64,000 nucleotides of DNA from Callorhinchus milii. Its lineage: Eukaryota. The stretch is from contig NW_024704742.1 in NCBI RefSeq assembly GCF_018977255.1, positions 79,734,001 through 79,798,000 of the forward strand, given 5' to 3'. The notes below the pieces were generated by a model. That model ran no database searches. It was not told the DNA's origin and worked only from the letters and a program-made list of their open reading frames with translations. Position 1 is the stretch's first letter. Every line of letters begins with the position of its first letter. The translations under genes were made by a program, and so were the position numbers. Positions 39,635-52,696 of the stretch are shown in pieces.

Positions 39635-40612
39635 CAAAACCTTGCAGTTATATAGCGCCCGTCACTTGAGGTAGAGTCCCAGACCCCTTGACAGTGGCAG
39701 ATCAAAAAGTAAGTTCTTTAGGTGGGATTGGAAAGTGAGGAGGGAGGGGTCAAGGTGAAGAAATTGAGGGTGAGAGTTCCAAAGTTTCGGGGTGTAGTTT
39801 GTGGAGTCCTGTAGCTCAGTGGTTAGAGCACTCGCTTTGCAAGTGAGAGACCTGAGTTCAATTCCAGGCAGGGCGAAACCTTGGGCAAGTTTCCTTACTC
39901 CACACGCCTAATAATAATCCCTCCAAAAAACCAAAAACAATAATTAAATTGGTCATTTTCAATCTACGATTGTTTGTGGGACATTGCTGTGCGCAATTGG
40001 CTGCCGCGTTCACCCACAAATATACAGTCAATTCACTTTACAGTGTGCTCTGTGAAGCGCTTTGGGACGTCCTCCTGACGTGAAAAGCGCTATATCAAAT
40101 GCAAGGATTATTATTATATATTATTATTATGTAGTGGCTGAAGGCATGCGTGCCATCAGTGAGCGGAGGGGATGAGGGACAAACAGGAGGCTGGAACCAG
40201 AAAATTGCAGACAGCAGATGGTGGAGTGGGGGGTAAGCAGATCGCACAGGTAGGTCGGTGCGAGCCATGAAGCGATTTGAAATCGAGTGATAGAACTTGA
40301 AATTGAACCATTTGGTAATTGGAAGCCGGTGGGGCCTGGCAAGGAATGGTGTGATGGGGTCACAGACTTTTGTGTGGGTGAGTAGAAGGTCGCAGAGGTA
40401 TAGGGGAGAAAGGCCATGGACGGCTTTGAAGGTGAAGACCAGGATCTTGAACTGTATCCTCTGTGTGGGAAACCACCGGAGTCAGACGAGGATGGGGGTG
40501 ATAGGATCATGGAGCCTGGTGTGGGAGAGGTCACGGGCTGCAGAGTGCTGGATGATCTGCAGCTTATTGAGGGAGGAGTTGGAGAACCCAATAAGCAGGG
40601 AGTTTGCATAGA
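39635..40612 (-). mobile_element. L2-clade LINE fragments, SINE-interrupted
   Basis: L2 C-terminal motifs on both sides of the 39801 SINE. Confidence 0.82.
39801..40129 (+). mobile_element. tRNA-Ala-headed SINE, full length, inserted into an L2 fragment
   Basis: Head GTGGAGTCCTGTAGCTCAGTGGTTAGAGCACTCGCTTTGCAAG; TGTAGT target-site duplication. Confidence 0.93.
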
Positions 40613-41799
40613 TTAGAGGGGACATTGAACTAATTTAGTCTAAAGTGACACTCCAGCGCAGTGCTGCAGATGTGATGCTGTGACAGAGGTGATGTTCTTC
40701 AGATGAGATGTTCAACTGAGATCCTGTCTATCTTTTTAGAAATTTAAAAAATCCCCCATTTGAAAACAGAAGGGAGTTTCTCCATGCATCTTGGCCATGT
40801 GTCCTCCTCTCGTGAAAGGAGCTGTCTCAAATGTAAGGATTATTATTATTATTAATAATAAAATAATGATCACTGTTCTCTTCAACTTAGCCATGCTAAT
40901 TTAAAAATTGTGGAATGGTGGGGCATGGTATGGGTGAAGAAGAGAGGTTGTTTGCAGTTGGGAAAGAAAAAAAACCCTTGCATTTGCTGTAGTGCCTTAT
41001 CACTTCATCGAGACGTCTCAAAGCACTTCACAAAATATATAGTGCAAAGCGAATTGACTATAATTTTGAGGCAAAATGGTGCATTGGAGTTGGAGGTTCT
41101 CACCTTGGTGGATGAAGGTTTTATGTACTTGTTTGAAATGTAAAGTAATAAAAATAAGATTTATTTTCTTAACGGCAGAGATCAAAATGTTGATCTAAAT
41201 GTTAAGTATATTGCACTCAACCTAGACCTCAACCTCCATCATAAATACATAATTCTAATAACAAGTGCTTACACTGCAGAGTGCAGCAAAGAAGGTATTT
41301 CACCTGAACATACTTAACTTTAATATATTTTTGCACTTGCAAACATAATAGAGATCTATTAGATGCTCTTCACTGTAGGTAAAGTACTCCAATTAAATAA
41401 AATATTGATGAATGCTCAGCATATAAATGTTCCTTTCATAACTGCAGATTATTTCTTGATCAACTGGCATGCTCAGGTAGATTAATCCTCCGTTGCAGGT
41501 CAATGTAGTAAATGTGGAGCACACTATTTTTGGTAGTGCATTTGTGTGAGATGTGAAATTAAAGTTATATTCTAGTGGCTTAGTTGGACAATAAGGACCT
41601 TGTGTGTCAGCTTGGCTGAGTGGCAGCACTTTTGCCTTGGAATTAGAAGGTTGTGTGTTCAAGACTCGCATTGGGATTTGGAATTGCATCATCTAAAATG
41701 ACACTCCAATGCAGTGCTGTGGGTGTGCTGCATTGATGGAAGTGCTGTCGTTCGGATGAGAGGTTAAACTGAGGTTCCATCTGCCTGTTCAGATGGAAG

Positions 41800-42168
41800 A
41801 CCTGCAGCTTAGTGGCTAGAGCACTCGCCTCGCAAGTGAGAGGACCTGGTTTGATTCCTGGCAGGGCAAAACGTTGGGCAAGTTTCTTTACTCCACATGC
41901 CTCTGTTTACCTAGCAGTAAATAGGAATCCAGTTGTATTCGATTGGCAGATCACTTTGCCTGGAGTAATAATTCCTTCAAATATAAATTATAAAAATAAT
42001 TTGGTTACTCAATCCACAACTGTTTGTGGGACACTGCTGTGTGCAATTAGCTGCTGTTTATTGCCCACAAAATATACAGTCAATTCACTTTACAGTATAT
42101 TCTGTGAAGCGCTTTGAGACGTCTCAAAGTCGTGACTAGGTGCTATAACAAAAGGCAAGGATTATTAT
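41800..42168 (+). mobile_element. tRNA-Ala-headed SINE, long variant, adjoining an older SINE
   Basis: Head, extra ~70-bp middle segment, core and tail. Confidence 0.85.
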
Positions 42169-43872
42169 ATATATATGATATATAAATCAAAAATCCTACA
42201 GCATGTGATAAGGCACTACAGAAAACGTAAGGATTATTATTATTGTGGAGCAAAATCCTCCCAGCACCTTGGTCAGTACCGCTCTCCGATTCAAATGTCT
42301 TATAAATTAGATGAAATGGTTATCTATCTCCACTTTTTTGTGTAATTTGCTGACATGCATTAAAAGAAAGAGGGAGTTTTCTCTTCTTTTCCTGGCCAAC
42401 AATCACACAAATAAAATTGTTGACTCACTTTATGGCTGTTGATGACACATTGCTGTGCATAAGTTGGCTGCAACATTTCTCCTTAAAAAAATACAAAGAC
42501 CCTACACTCTACAATAAATTGTTTGAAGCATTTTGATACGTTTCAAAATCATGATAAGAAAATTAGCAACTCGCATTTATATAGCATTCTTTACATAGGC
42601 CTTCACAAATTTGTGTATATATCACACTATATTAAATGCACAGGTTATAAGTATTACAAGATTTGTATTAGTCACCTGTTTCAGCACTGACATGTTGTGT
42701 GAGTTATTTTTTAGATGATTTTACACAATAAGGTACTATATCAAATGTTAAGTGTTATCATACCTTACAAACTTCTCGGTGAATAATACTGTGAATTATA
42801 TTGAGGACAATTCACAATGCATTACAAGTTATGAATTGCAAATTATGTATTTTAATAAAAAAAACAGCAGGGAGTGATTTGAGCTCACTAACCCGGCTCA
42901 TGCTTGTGATGTTTATGATTGAATTCTTCAATTAGATTACAGGTTTGCAATTTGCTCCCTGCTGTCCATTATACTGCATTTAATTTCATTAACAACACAG
43001 GGTATGTGGCAATCTTAACTTTAGAACAACTGGGAACATGACTCCATCCTCAATTTAGACGCTTATGGTGCAGATAGTCCCTCCCCCACCCCGCAACTGC
43101 AGTTTGAAAGCAAGACACAACACCCTCTCCTAATTTGTAATCTGTACACTAAAAAACTATAACAGTATGGAATATTTCATCTATTAAGCAAATTATACCT
43201 CCCAGTGTGTTGCTGAGCAACATAGATCAGAAGGAAACCAAGTTCAGTCCCTGGCCTTTAATGGGAACGCTGATCTCAGTCGTGCAGTTATAGCGCTCTG
43301 AGACGCTGCCCCACGTGAAGGGTGTTATGTAAATGCAAGTTGTTGTTGTTACAATTGGCCACATGATTCACATGAATTCAGGGATAATGATCGAGAAAGT
43401 CACCTTGGATTCTAATCACTGACGACAAACCACTGTCACTTCTTCTAAAGAGCGTGGATGTTGGGGAGGAGTGGAGGACTGCTGACACTCACTGGCCCTC
43501 GTTACCCATAAGTAACAGTCCTTTTTTACAATGCACTGCAGGATAGCCAGCCACTTCGAACTCATATGAGTCAATGCCTTCAGGGAGATGGGGAAAGTAA
43601 AATATGTTTCTCTTTCCCTTCAACCCCATGAAATGTCTGCAGTTCCCAAAGTGACAATAGGCCACAATGAAATAAAATTGGTCATTTAGTCCATGGCCAT
43701 TTGTGAGACGTTGTTGTGCACAAAATGTGCTGCTGCATTCAACCACAAAACACAGTCACTCCACTTTACAATATTTCCTGCAAGCGTTGTGGGAAATCCT
43801 CCTATCGTGAAAGGCAATCTACCAAATGCAAATTCTCTTATTATAATGTTCACTGTAAAGCTAGGAGTTTAC

Positions 43873-44034
43873 CTGGTCCAGAAGAACATTAATGTCTTCT
43901 TCAATGTTAAGTTGAACCTCCACTTTCCAGTCCCCAGGCGCCATCTTCCAGTATTCTCCCGCAGGATTGAGAGACACATAGCACCAGGTCTGACAGCCAT
44001 CATACAACGTTACAACTGACGAATAGCCTGCCCT
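43873..44034 (-). CDS. Exon 10, LF: RAGYSSVVTLYDGCQTWC...MAPGDWKVEVQLNIEEDINVLLDQ
   Basis: 162 nt, phase 0->0, CAG|GTAAAC donor; 'PG.W....VLLD' LF motif. Confidence 0.88.
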
Positions 44035-44496
44035 CTGTTTCATAAAAGAAACCATACAATAGTTGACTTGCATCTGTTTCAAAGATTCTCAAGGCTATCA
44101 GAGGCTGAATTTATATTGAGTTATGTGGAATGATATGGCACAGAAGCAGCTCATTTGGGTGTGGGTGTTTATGCTCCACACAAGCCCCCCACCCTTACTG
44201 TTGCCCTCACCTATACTCCTCTAGTTCCTTCTCCCTACTGTTTGCATCAAATTCTTTCTTAAATACATTGATCCTTCAATCATAGCTTCTGACAGACAGT
44301 TTCAAATTTGCACTACCGCCTATTTTTAACTACAATCCAAGATTTTTGGTAGCCACATTCATACATTCTAGCCTTGCCTTTTCAAAAATTTGAGGTTATC
44401 CAACCATCACACAAACTAACACCAATGTCAAGGCTTCAAACCAAGAATGAATTGTCTTTCATTCATCTATTACCTATTCAGGGAAGAAGCTCTTAC

Positions 44497-45011
44497 CTTT
44501 GTTTGAACGACAGACACTGTTGCTTTTGTATTCTTTGAAGAGATAAATCGGAGAAATATTCTGAACAAACCACTGAACTTTGTGCTACTGGGTACAGTCA
44601 GGACTGCATGAACAGGGTCTCCAAATGCAAATACATAACCAAAGCCACTAAAGTCCTTCCAGACAAAAGACCCTTTTGAAATCTCTGACCTGAATCCTTC
44701 AAATTCTCCAGCTATAAACTGCATGTTGGGATAATAATGGTTTGGAGCAGGTCTATTGCACCGCTGACCAGTCACAGCAGTTTTGCAGGCACACTGTCCT
44801 GTCAACGTGTTGCATATTTTACTTGTGGAGCCCCCGGCATTGCAATTGCAAGGATAGCAGCCTTCAGCGTTACTCTGATTCAGACCATAGTAACCATCCA
44901 GACATTCAAAGCATCGGCGACCAGTGGTATACGTTCTGCATTGACATTGGCCTAAGGTTTTGTCACAGAGGAGCGAGAAGTCTTTGGTCCCTGCAGTCTC
45001 ACAATCACAGG
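44497..45011 (-). CDS. Exon 9, LE4, LE5 and start of LF domain (HYYPNMQFIAGEFE...DFSGFGYV...LFRIFLRF)
   Basis: 515 nt, phase 1->0, GTAAGA donor; resembles alpha5 'HYLPDLHHLRLELE...FSWRGY...LFWLVFRY'. Confidence 0.95.
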
Positions 45012-45223
45012 CTACAAATAGGTAAAACAAGAAAAGGTTAGAACAGCAGCTTACAGAGTAACTCACATGCAGAATACACATTCCAAAGTGCTTCACAAAG
45101 ATTACCAAACGGGGTTCACCAAGGAGGGGAGGAAGCAGATGAGGTTGAGGGTGCAATGAAAGGTACAGTAATGGAGAGGGAATTTAGTGGAAATTGTTTA
45201 TTTGTTATCTTGATATCTGCTGC

Positions 45224-45570
45224 ATAGCTCAATTAGCAACATACTTGGCTTTGAGTCAGAAGGTTTTGTGTTCAAGTCCCACATCGGGACTTGGAATTTA
45301 TATTGTCTAAGGCTTAGATTCTCAGCTGGCATTCCAGTGCAGGGCTGGAGGGAAAGTTGCATTGTTGGAGGCATCGTGTTTCAGATGAGATGTTAAACCG
45401 AGGTCCTGTCTGCTTGTTCAGGTGGACGTAAAGATCCCACAGCACTATTCCAAAAGGGACTTTCTCCCAGTGTCCTGGCCAAAATCCCCAAATATATTTG
45501 GTCATTCACTTCATCGCTGTTTGTGGGACATTGCTGTGCATAAATTGGCTGCCTTGTTTGGCATCGAAAC
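45224..45570 (+). mobile_element. Older Deu-type SINE
   Basis: Well-preserved core 'gatgagatgttaaaccgaggtcctgtctgc...ggtggacgtaaagatccc'. Confidence 0.75.
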
Positions 45571-45739
45571 ACACCAACAATCTTGTATCCAATATCAAAG
45601 AAGCTATTCACCAGATCAGTTTGGATGAAGAAGGCACTTTGGCCCATCAGAACTCATCCCTTCAGAACAGTCACCCTACCGTTCCCCCCAACACTGCTTC
45701 AAGCTGCTTCTTATAAGTCCAGTGTCCTCTCTGACTTAC

Positions 45740-45845
45740 CTGTACATCCCTCAGGCTCTTCGGCACTAAGGTTGAAGAAACCATTCTTACACAGGCTGCA
45801 TTTACTGTCCATCACATTCTTCTTACAAAAGCAATCACCAGGCGA
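45740..45845 (-). CDS. Exon 8, LE3: SPGDCFCKKNVMDSKCSLCKNGFFNLSAEEPEGCT
   Basis: ctattttcag acceptor, G|GTAAGT donor, 106 nt, phase 0->1. Confidence 0.93.
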
Positions 45846-46319
45846 CTGAAAATAGAGGTTAAGTATTCAAACTGTGTTAAGGAGACGCTCAGAATAATGT
45901 AGACAAAGGTTCGCAACAATGTAGAATAAGAAAAACTGGAGGCGAGTGCTGCCACCTAGTGGTTTACACAAAAGTTACTTTACATTGGCTTTGAGGATTA
46001 CCACAAACCTTATCCATTATTTCTAATTTGAAGAAGCATCCTGAAGAAAAAATTAAAGATTGTGGACATGGAGACATTCCCTTCAGAAACAAGACACAGA
46101 GGAGCCCCATTACAACAAAGTGGCTGGCAGAGATGCATAAAATCCCAACAAGGCACGATAGCCAGTTTCATTGAGAACATGTGCTATCGGCTCACTTCCT
46201 GCCCGCAAATACATATTTTGCAGAAAATTGCGACGTTCATCCCGCAATAACTTTTATATTGAATTAATCTATAGGTGGCGAGGGGAAGGGGTAATAATCT
46301 TAGAATGGCGTGCACCTAC

Positions 46320-46492
46320 TTTATCCTTGACTAGCAGATGGTCTTCTTTCCTAAAACAATCACCAGGCACTTGCCCTGCAATCTGTCTGACGCCAGGTAA
46401 GAAACAAGCACAGGGCTGGCATGCCTCCGTGGAGGAGAGCCCCACCATCTCTGGGTGGAAAAATAACGGCAAACATTTTTCACAGTTCACGC
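46320..46492 (-). CDS. Exon 7, LE2/LE3: (G)VNCEKCLPLFF...ACQPCACFLPGV...DHLLVKDK
   Basis: ctcttccag acceptor, GTAGGT donor, 173 nt, phase 1->0. Confidence 0.93.
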
Positions 46493-48346
46493 CTGGAAGA
46501 GAACAGGCCCTTGATTACCACACAGTAACAAGGGAAGGGATAGGTTTTCAGGTAGGAATTAAAGACGGATAGATAGGAGGCAGAGGAGTAGAGGGAGGGT
46601 GTTCCCAAACAATGGCTGCGTAGTTGCTGAAGGCACAGCCACTGAATAATAGGGATCAGCAGCAGGGATTGAGTTTGTCAAGCAGAGAGGGTGAGATGAC
46701 ATTTGTGGGAAGAGATGACAAATTGGAAAGGTTAAATAATTGGTATTGCTTTAGTTAATAACAATAACTAAAAGTAACTAAATTACTACACCAAGGCAGT
46801 GTCTGCTGATTTTAACCACAGGCCAGGTCTTAAGAGAATTATAGGCAGAATTTCATATTACCCACTTTGATAACCCCAATATCAGAAGGTATCCTGTAAG
46901 GAATTCTTGAATTCTATGTGAAATGGGTTTGGCAGTTTAAGATCAGTTTCAGATGGTGTGAATGGATTAAGAGATGAGGGTGAGGACCTTGAAGTGCATC
47001 CACTGGAAGACTGGGAACCAGTGGAGATTGGCAAGGATTGAGGTCATGGACTTGCAGAGTTTGGTGCACATGAGGATGCAGGTGGTGGAATTTTAATGCA
47101 CTGGAGCTTATGGATGGTGACACAGGGGAGATAATCGAGGAGTTGGTCAGAGAAATTGAGTTAGTTGGTAACAAAGATGTGAATCCAATTGGCCTGACAA
47201 AAAACTCTTCTGTCTGTTGGCTGCTGGAGTTCTAATTGAAATGAGTTTGGCGGCTTAAGCCTAGTTTCTGGTGGATATGAGTCCACAATACCAAGCTGCT
47301 TTTAGTTAGCATAAAATTGCCAATTTCAGTCAGACCAGCTGCCGTGTAAGGTGGAGTGAGAAGCTAAATTAGTACTGTGATGCATTTGGACAGAGCTCTC
47401 TACAGGTTAATTAATTATTGTCAAGTTACCATTGCTTCACAAACACTTATCCAGTGTGCAGCTTTGGAAACAAACAGCTTCCTTGAGCTAAAATAACGCT
47501 GTGCTTCCAACCACAACTCAAACTACATCAAACTGATATGGAAGCAGCATGGAGCCAATACAGACAGGCATATCAGTGTTCATCATATGACATAAAACTT
47601 TACAGTTTCGGATCCCGGGACCGAGCCAGGGGGAGGGAAGGGAAGGTGGCCAAAAGCACGGTTGAAAAGAAAGGTCTTCACACATCAAACATTGAGGCAA
47701 CATGCTTGGCATTATTTTATACACACAATTGTATTGCTACACTTTATGATTTGACTATATAAACGAGCAGATTCTGTTGGGCAAGTCATGGGTGTGAATG
47801 GGCATGTAAATAGTGTATTTATGCTCATCATTGCCAACAAAGTGTATTCTAGGGTGTGAAATTCTTCCCGTAGAATGAAAAGGGGAGTAATTCCACTCCC
47901 AAATTGCTGTTAGTCCAGGCGGATAACTGTAAATGGGGATATAATCCCATTTAATCAACCTGTTGCATGCAACTGTCAGTACAAAGTAGTCTTACAGGAC
48001 ATCAATTATATTTGTGTATCCTGCATTAAAATTGCAAAGGTCAAACAATTGAGATTGCTTTATGCACCGAACCACACAATCAGCAATTTGCTTTTTGTGC
48101 TCCGATTCGATGCAATGTGGGACAGGAAGTTCAAAATCAGTCTCTTCACATCAGTGCCAGGTGTGCAGCAGCTTTTCTCCCAGCGGCGCAGTAGAAACAT
48201 GGCACTGCAATTGGTACAGCTGGAATAAAATGTAGACTAAATGATCACTGCCCCTACACTGATCCAACAATGCAATTTAGCCCTAACCCTCGAGCCCACC
48301 TCAGTACCCCTTACAGCTGGGCTGAATGAAATTGAGAACTGAGCAT

Positions 48347-48661
48347 TAATAATAATCCTTGCATTTGATATAGCGCTTTTCACATCGGGACATCCCAAAG
48401 CACTTCACAGAACACACTGTGAAGTGAATTGACTGTATATTTGTGGGTGAACACGGCAGCCAATTGCGCACAGCAATATCCCACAAACAGTCGTAGATTG
48501 AAAATGACCCATTTATTATTGTTTTTTGTTTTGGAGGGATTATTATTAGGCTCTGTGTGGAGTAAGGAAACTTGCCCAAGGTTTCGCCCTCTGCCTGGAA
48601 TTGAACTCAGGTCTCTCACTTGCAAAGCGAGGGCTCTAACCACTGAGCTACAGGACTCCAC
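48347..48661 (-). mobile_element. tRNA-Ala-headed SINE, short variant
   Basis: Full-length reverse copy. Confidence 0.92.
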
Positions 48662-49006
48662 TCCATTCATGACTTTCAGCCCTCCACTATGTATTCCCAA
48701 CCAGCTTTATAACATGTATCATCATTATTCATACCCAAAAACAAAAATCTCCTACATAATGGCTGGTACTTATAATTGCATTGCCTGTGGCCTCAGATTA
48801 TCATCGAGAAGCACTATCTGAGGCATGGTACCAGAGAGTTATATCTACTTAAAACACAGATAAACTGAAGCTATTCTGACTTGTCAGATTATTTTACTGA
48901 ACAAATGCTGTCACAGCCTTTGTAGGGATTAATAAAGTAGCTGGCTGTCAGATGGCTAGGGTCTGTGAAGGAAGATGATCTATTCTCGAGGGTTATTATC
49001 ACATAC

Positions 49007-49138
49007 CGGTGGTGTTGTGCTGGCAATTGAGGCAGACCCCTCCCCCCTCCTGCTGTCCCTGTGTGTTCTTGCTCCAGTTGAGATCTGCTGCTGTTTGATT
49101 ATATACACATTTATCACTGTGTCCCAAACAGTTGCAGG
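49007..49138 (-). CDS. Exon 6, LE2: (A)CNCLGHSDKCVYNQTAADLNWSKNTQGQQEGGGVCLNCQHNTT
   Basis: 132 nt, phase 1->1; carries the alpha-chain LE2 insert 'S.N..G...GGGVC'. Confidence 0.95.
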
Positions 49139-49464
49139 CTATTAAAAAAAAGCAGAAGACTTTAGTAGACCAGATGAGGGAATGAGCTATTCCCAAATTC
49201 ACTCAATTCCTTAATTATTGATGTTCCTTATTTAATAATAACAATTCTTGCATTTGATATAACACTTTTCACATTGTGAGGACATCTGAAATGTGTTCCA
49301 CAGGATATATTGTAAACATTTAGTGATTATGTATTTGTAGGTGAATGTGATAGCTACCTTTTGAAGAACAATGTCCCACAAACAGCCATTTAAGGGACAC
49401 AAACAGCTATTTAAGAAAAACTTTAAGGAGGATTGTTAAAATCTATCCTTAAAAGCTATCCACA

Positions 49465-49745
49465 AATAATAATAATAATAATCCTTGCATTTGATATAGC
49501 GCTTTTCATGTCTTCTAGATGTCCCAAAGCGCTTCACAGAATATACTGTAAAGTAAATTGACTGTACATTTGTGGGAAACACGGCAGCCAATTGCGCACA
49601 GCAATGTCCCACAGACAGTCGTAGATTGAAAATGACCAATTTATTATTGTTTTTGGTTTTGGAGGGATTATTATTAGGCTCTATGTGGAGTAAGGAAACT
49701 TGCCCAAGGTTTCGCCCGGCCTGGAATTGAATTCAGGTCTCTCAC
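49465..49745 (-). mobile_element. tRNA-Ala-headed SINE, 5'-truncated
   Basis: Reverse copy lacking the A-box half of the head. Confidence 0.9.
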
Positions 49746-49929
49746 AGCAGGATTGGGACTAAAGCCCGTGCCCCCACCCATTTCCATTGAATGGCTTCAC
49801 CACTTTTTGTTTCACATTCTCTTTTTTTTCTAATATTTAATGTGTCAATTATTTCTCTGCTTATTTCGCCAATGATGTATGTCTCTCAGCTCTTGGTTTG
49901 GCTTTGTCTTGCTGGGGTGTGGTTGCACA

Positions 49930-50230
49930 GGTGCTATTTGCCCTCTGGTCACATGAAATGACCATTGCTCATGTCTGAAAGTTGACAGAGTATCGACAGG
50001 CAACTCAACTACTGAGGTTGTCTTAGCCGAGCCTGACCTCTCCCCACCCAGCTGTCAAACACAGCCAGCAGAAGATGATGTAGAGACTCCAGGGGCAGGA
50101 ACCCTGGCTGTATTTCGCATTCCTAAGCATGGGAAGGCTGGATAAAATGTAGCCTCCCATGTAGCCCACAAACTCAAACCAGCAGGGATCAGGATTCAAA
50201 CCAGTGAGCTCCTGGTCTTTTAGCTTCAGC
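49930..50230 (-). repeat. Ancient SINE-like repeat (related copies at about 18050-18310 on - and 43215-43560 on +)
   Basis: Shared degenerate blocks and a B-box-like 'ggtttgaatcc'; family not identified. Confidence 0.45.
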
Positions 50231-50254
50231 CCTCATATTTTACAGAATTGGATC

Positions 50255-50600
50255 TCAGCCTATGTGTGAAGGTTCTGGGTTCAAGCTCCACATCAGGGCT
50301 GGCTCAAGTCCAGGCTGACTCTCCAATGCAGTATTGGGGGAATACTGCATTGTCAGAGGTGCCATCTTTGGAATAAGATGTTAAACTGAAGTCTTGCCTG
50401 CCTGTTCATGGGTAGGTAAAGGATCCCATATTACAATTCAAAAAGAGTTTCCCTTGGTGTCATGGCAGACAATCCTTCAGATAAATTAGGATTTCACTCC
50501 ACTTCATGGCTGTTTGCAGAATGTTGGTGTGTGTAAATTGGCTGCTACCTTTGCCAACAAATAATCATTACACTTGATAGTAATTACTTGTGAAACAGTT
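50255..50600 (+). mobile_element. Older Deu-type SINE
   Basis: Same head and core as 45224. Confidence 0.68.
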
Positions 50601-52503
50601 TAAGATGTTTCAATCTTTTTGCTACTACGGGGTAACATTTGCGATCTTGTTAAACATGCCTTTAAAAGTCTCAAGGTTTTATTTTTGTTCTGTTCACAAT
50701 AAAAACATTGCATACCCAAAGCAAAATGAACAAGAGACATAGAAGGAAAGTGAGCATAAGAAAGAGTGCACAAGGGTGATGACAAGTTTACGTCAGTCAC
50801 AAATAAATTGTACGTTTTACCAATAAAGATCACTGATATTATCTAAACTCTTCTCCAGACAGTCAGAAAATGAATTACAACACTTGGTAGAATAGTTTAG
50901 TTTTGCATACAAATGTAACATGCCATCAAAAATCAAAATGCCCTTTGTTTTCATATCAAATAAAGCAGTTTGCCCTTGAAGTTTAAACGTGCAATTTCCA
51001 GAGCAAACACCAAGCAACTGTCAATTTATTTTATAGCTGAAAGACTTTCACCCAATCACTTGTCAAAGTCCTACAATTCCCCAGCACTGCAATCCTCTTG
51101 CCCATCTGTTTGCATCTTTCTGCCCCATGGACTCTGAACAATCATTCACTTGACAGTAATTACCTGTGAAGCGCTTTGAGATGCTTGAAAGTGGTATGGA
51201 GCTCTAAAAATTAAAGTTCTCTCACTCTATGCAAAGATGTGATGAATCTTGAAAGTTGCAGTAATGTGGCGCAGCGCTCGACTCTGTCCACAATTGTTAA
51301 AATGCATTAGTCTCCACATCGCTGGTAGACCTCAAACACGTGAGCTGCACAGTAATGGGATAACTGCCTTATCTGAATAGCTTCCTCCTTGACACTGAAG
51401 GTGAACAAATCATTCACTATTTTTCGGCAATACATATAACAATAATAATAATCATTGCATTTCATATTGCGCCTTATAACTTCATCAAGACTTCTGAAAG
51501 TGCTTCGCAGGACATACTCTAAAATTAATTGACTGTATTTGTAGGCAATGAACAGTAGAATGAAATTCACCAACTAACACCCTCCTCTCCTGTTAGACAC
51601 CATGCTGAGTTTTATAACATAGGCACTAGTGATCCCTCCCCCAGTACTTTGTTCAAGGGGCCATTCTTCAATAGTGAGATAGATAATAAATAATAGATAA
51701 TAAATAATAATAAAGATAATAAATAATAATAAAGCATCTTTTTATAGCGCCTCATCATGTTGAGACATCTCAAAGCGCTTTGCAGGACTTTATTGTGTAA
51801 TTGTAGGTGAAATACCATCAAGCTATGAAACAAACAACAAATTGGGGGACAGGAAGAAATCACAGTGGAGCCCAACCCTATTCATATTCAATTTTATAGC
51901 CTGGAATCGCTGGACATTAAGTCAAGATTAGGAACCCTTATGGATTTCCCAATTTGCATTTATGTAGCACCCCTCATGCAGAGTAGCGTCTCAGAGCACT
52001 TAAATCAGTAGAGGATGAGACAAAACTAAAATGTAGTGGAGTAGTCTGCCGCTGAGTTTGAATAATCTAAAAGGTCCATGATTTAAAGCAGGGTGGTCCA
52101 ACGTTTTGGCTGCCGAGGGCCGGATGCCCTATTTGAGAAACGTCAGCAGGTCGCATAAGCAATATTTTTGTGTTTCCCTTCAGAAACATAACATTTTACA
52201 GTTTATGGAGAAAGCGAGTGGGCCACGTGAAATGGTGAAAGGGGTGGGCAGATGAAGCCTGTTGAAATACCCTAATTTAAACTCTTTGAGTCGTTCTCCT
52301 GATGTGGGAAGCACCATATAAATGTAAATTATATTGTACTGATAATAATAATCCTTGCATTTGATATAGTACCTTATCATGTCTTTCAGAAGTCTCAAAG
52401 TGCTTCACAGAATATACTGTAAAGTGAATTGACTGTATATTTTGTGGGCAAAATTGTTTTATGTTTTCCGCTCTGACTTTCCAATAGAAACTCTCAGAAG
52501 TAC

Positions 52504-52696
52504 CTTCACAAGGAATTCCAGGATGATATGCTCTTTGGTTATAGAAGTCTTTACATTGTTCACAGTATCTTCCTTCAGTGTTCCCTCCACACACACATTC
52601 ATACTGTCCAGTTACATTATTGATCACACAGTCCTCCTCCAGATCATTGCAGGGGCAGTATCCAAACACTTCAATCTCCTTCACTGTAAAATGATG
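52504..52696 (-). CDS. Exon 5, LN end + LE1: HHFTVKEIEVFGYCPCN...YHPGIPCE
   Basis: ttcttcccag acceptor, G|GTACTT donor, 193 nt, phase 0->1; 8-Cys LE pattern. Confidence 0.93.

Noticed and set aside
39801..39875. tRNA-Ala-like sequences (also at 62065, 7530-7606, 48590-48661)
   Set aside because: They are SINE heads continuing into core and tail, with no proper acceptor stem or terminator; not tRNA genes.
47755..47960. 67-codon ORF after a CAG as a possible alternative terminal exon (LaNt-like)
   Set aside because: Its phase is incompatible with the upstream exon (immediate stop) and the polypyrimidine tract is weak.
52088..52130. CAGGGTGGTCCAAC, resembling a hAT/Charlie terminus (also CAGTGATTCTCAAAC near 13724)
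   Set aside because: No matching opposite TIR or TSD found; too short to support a call.
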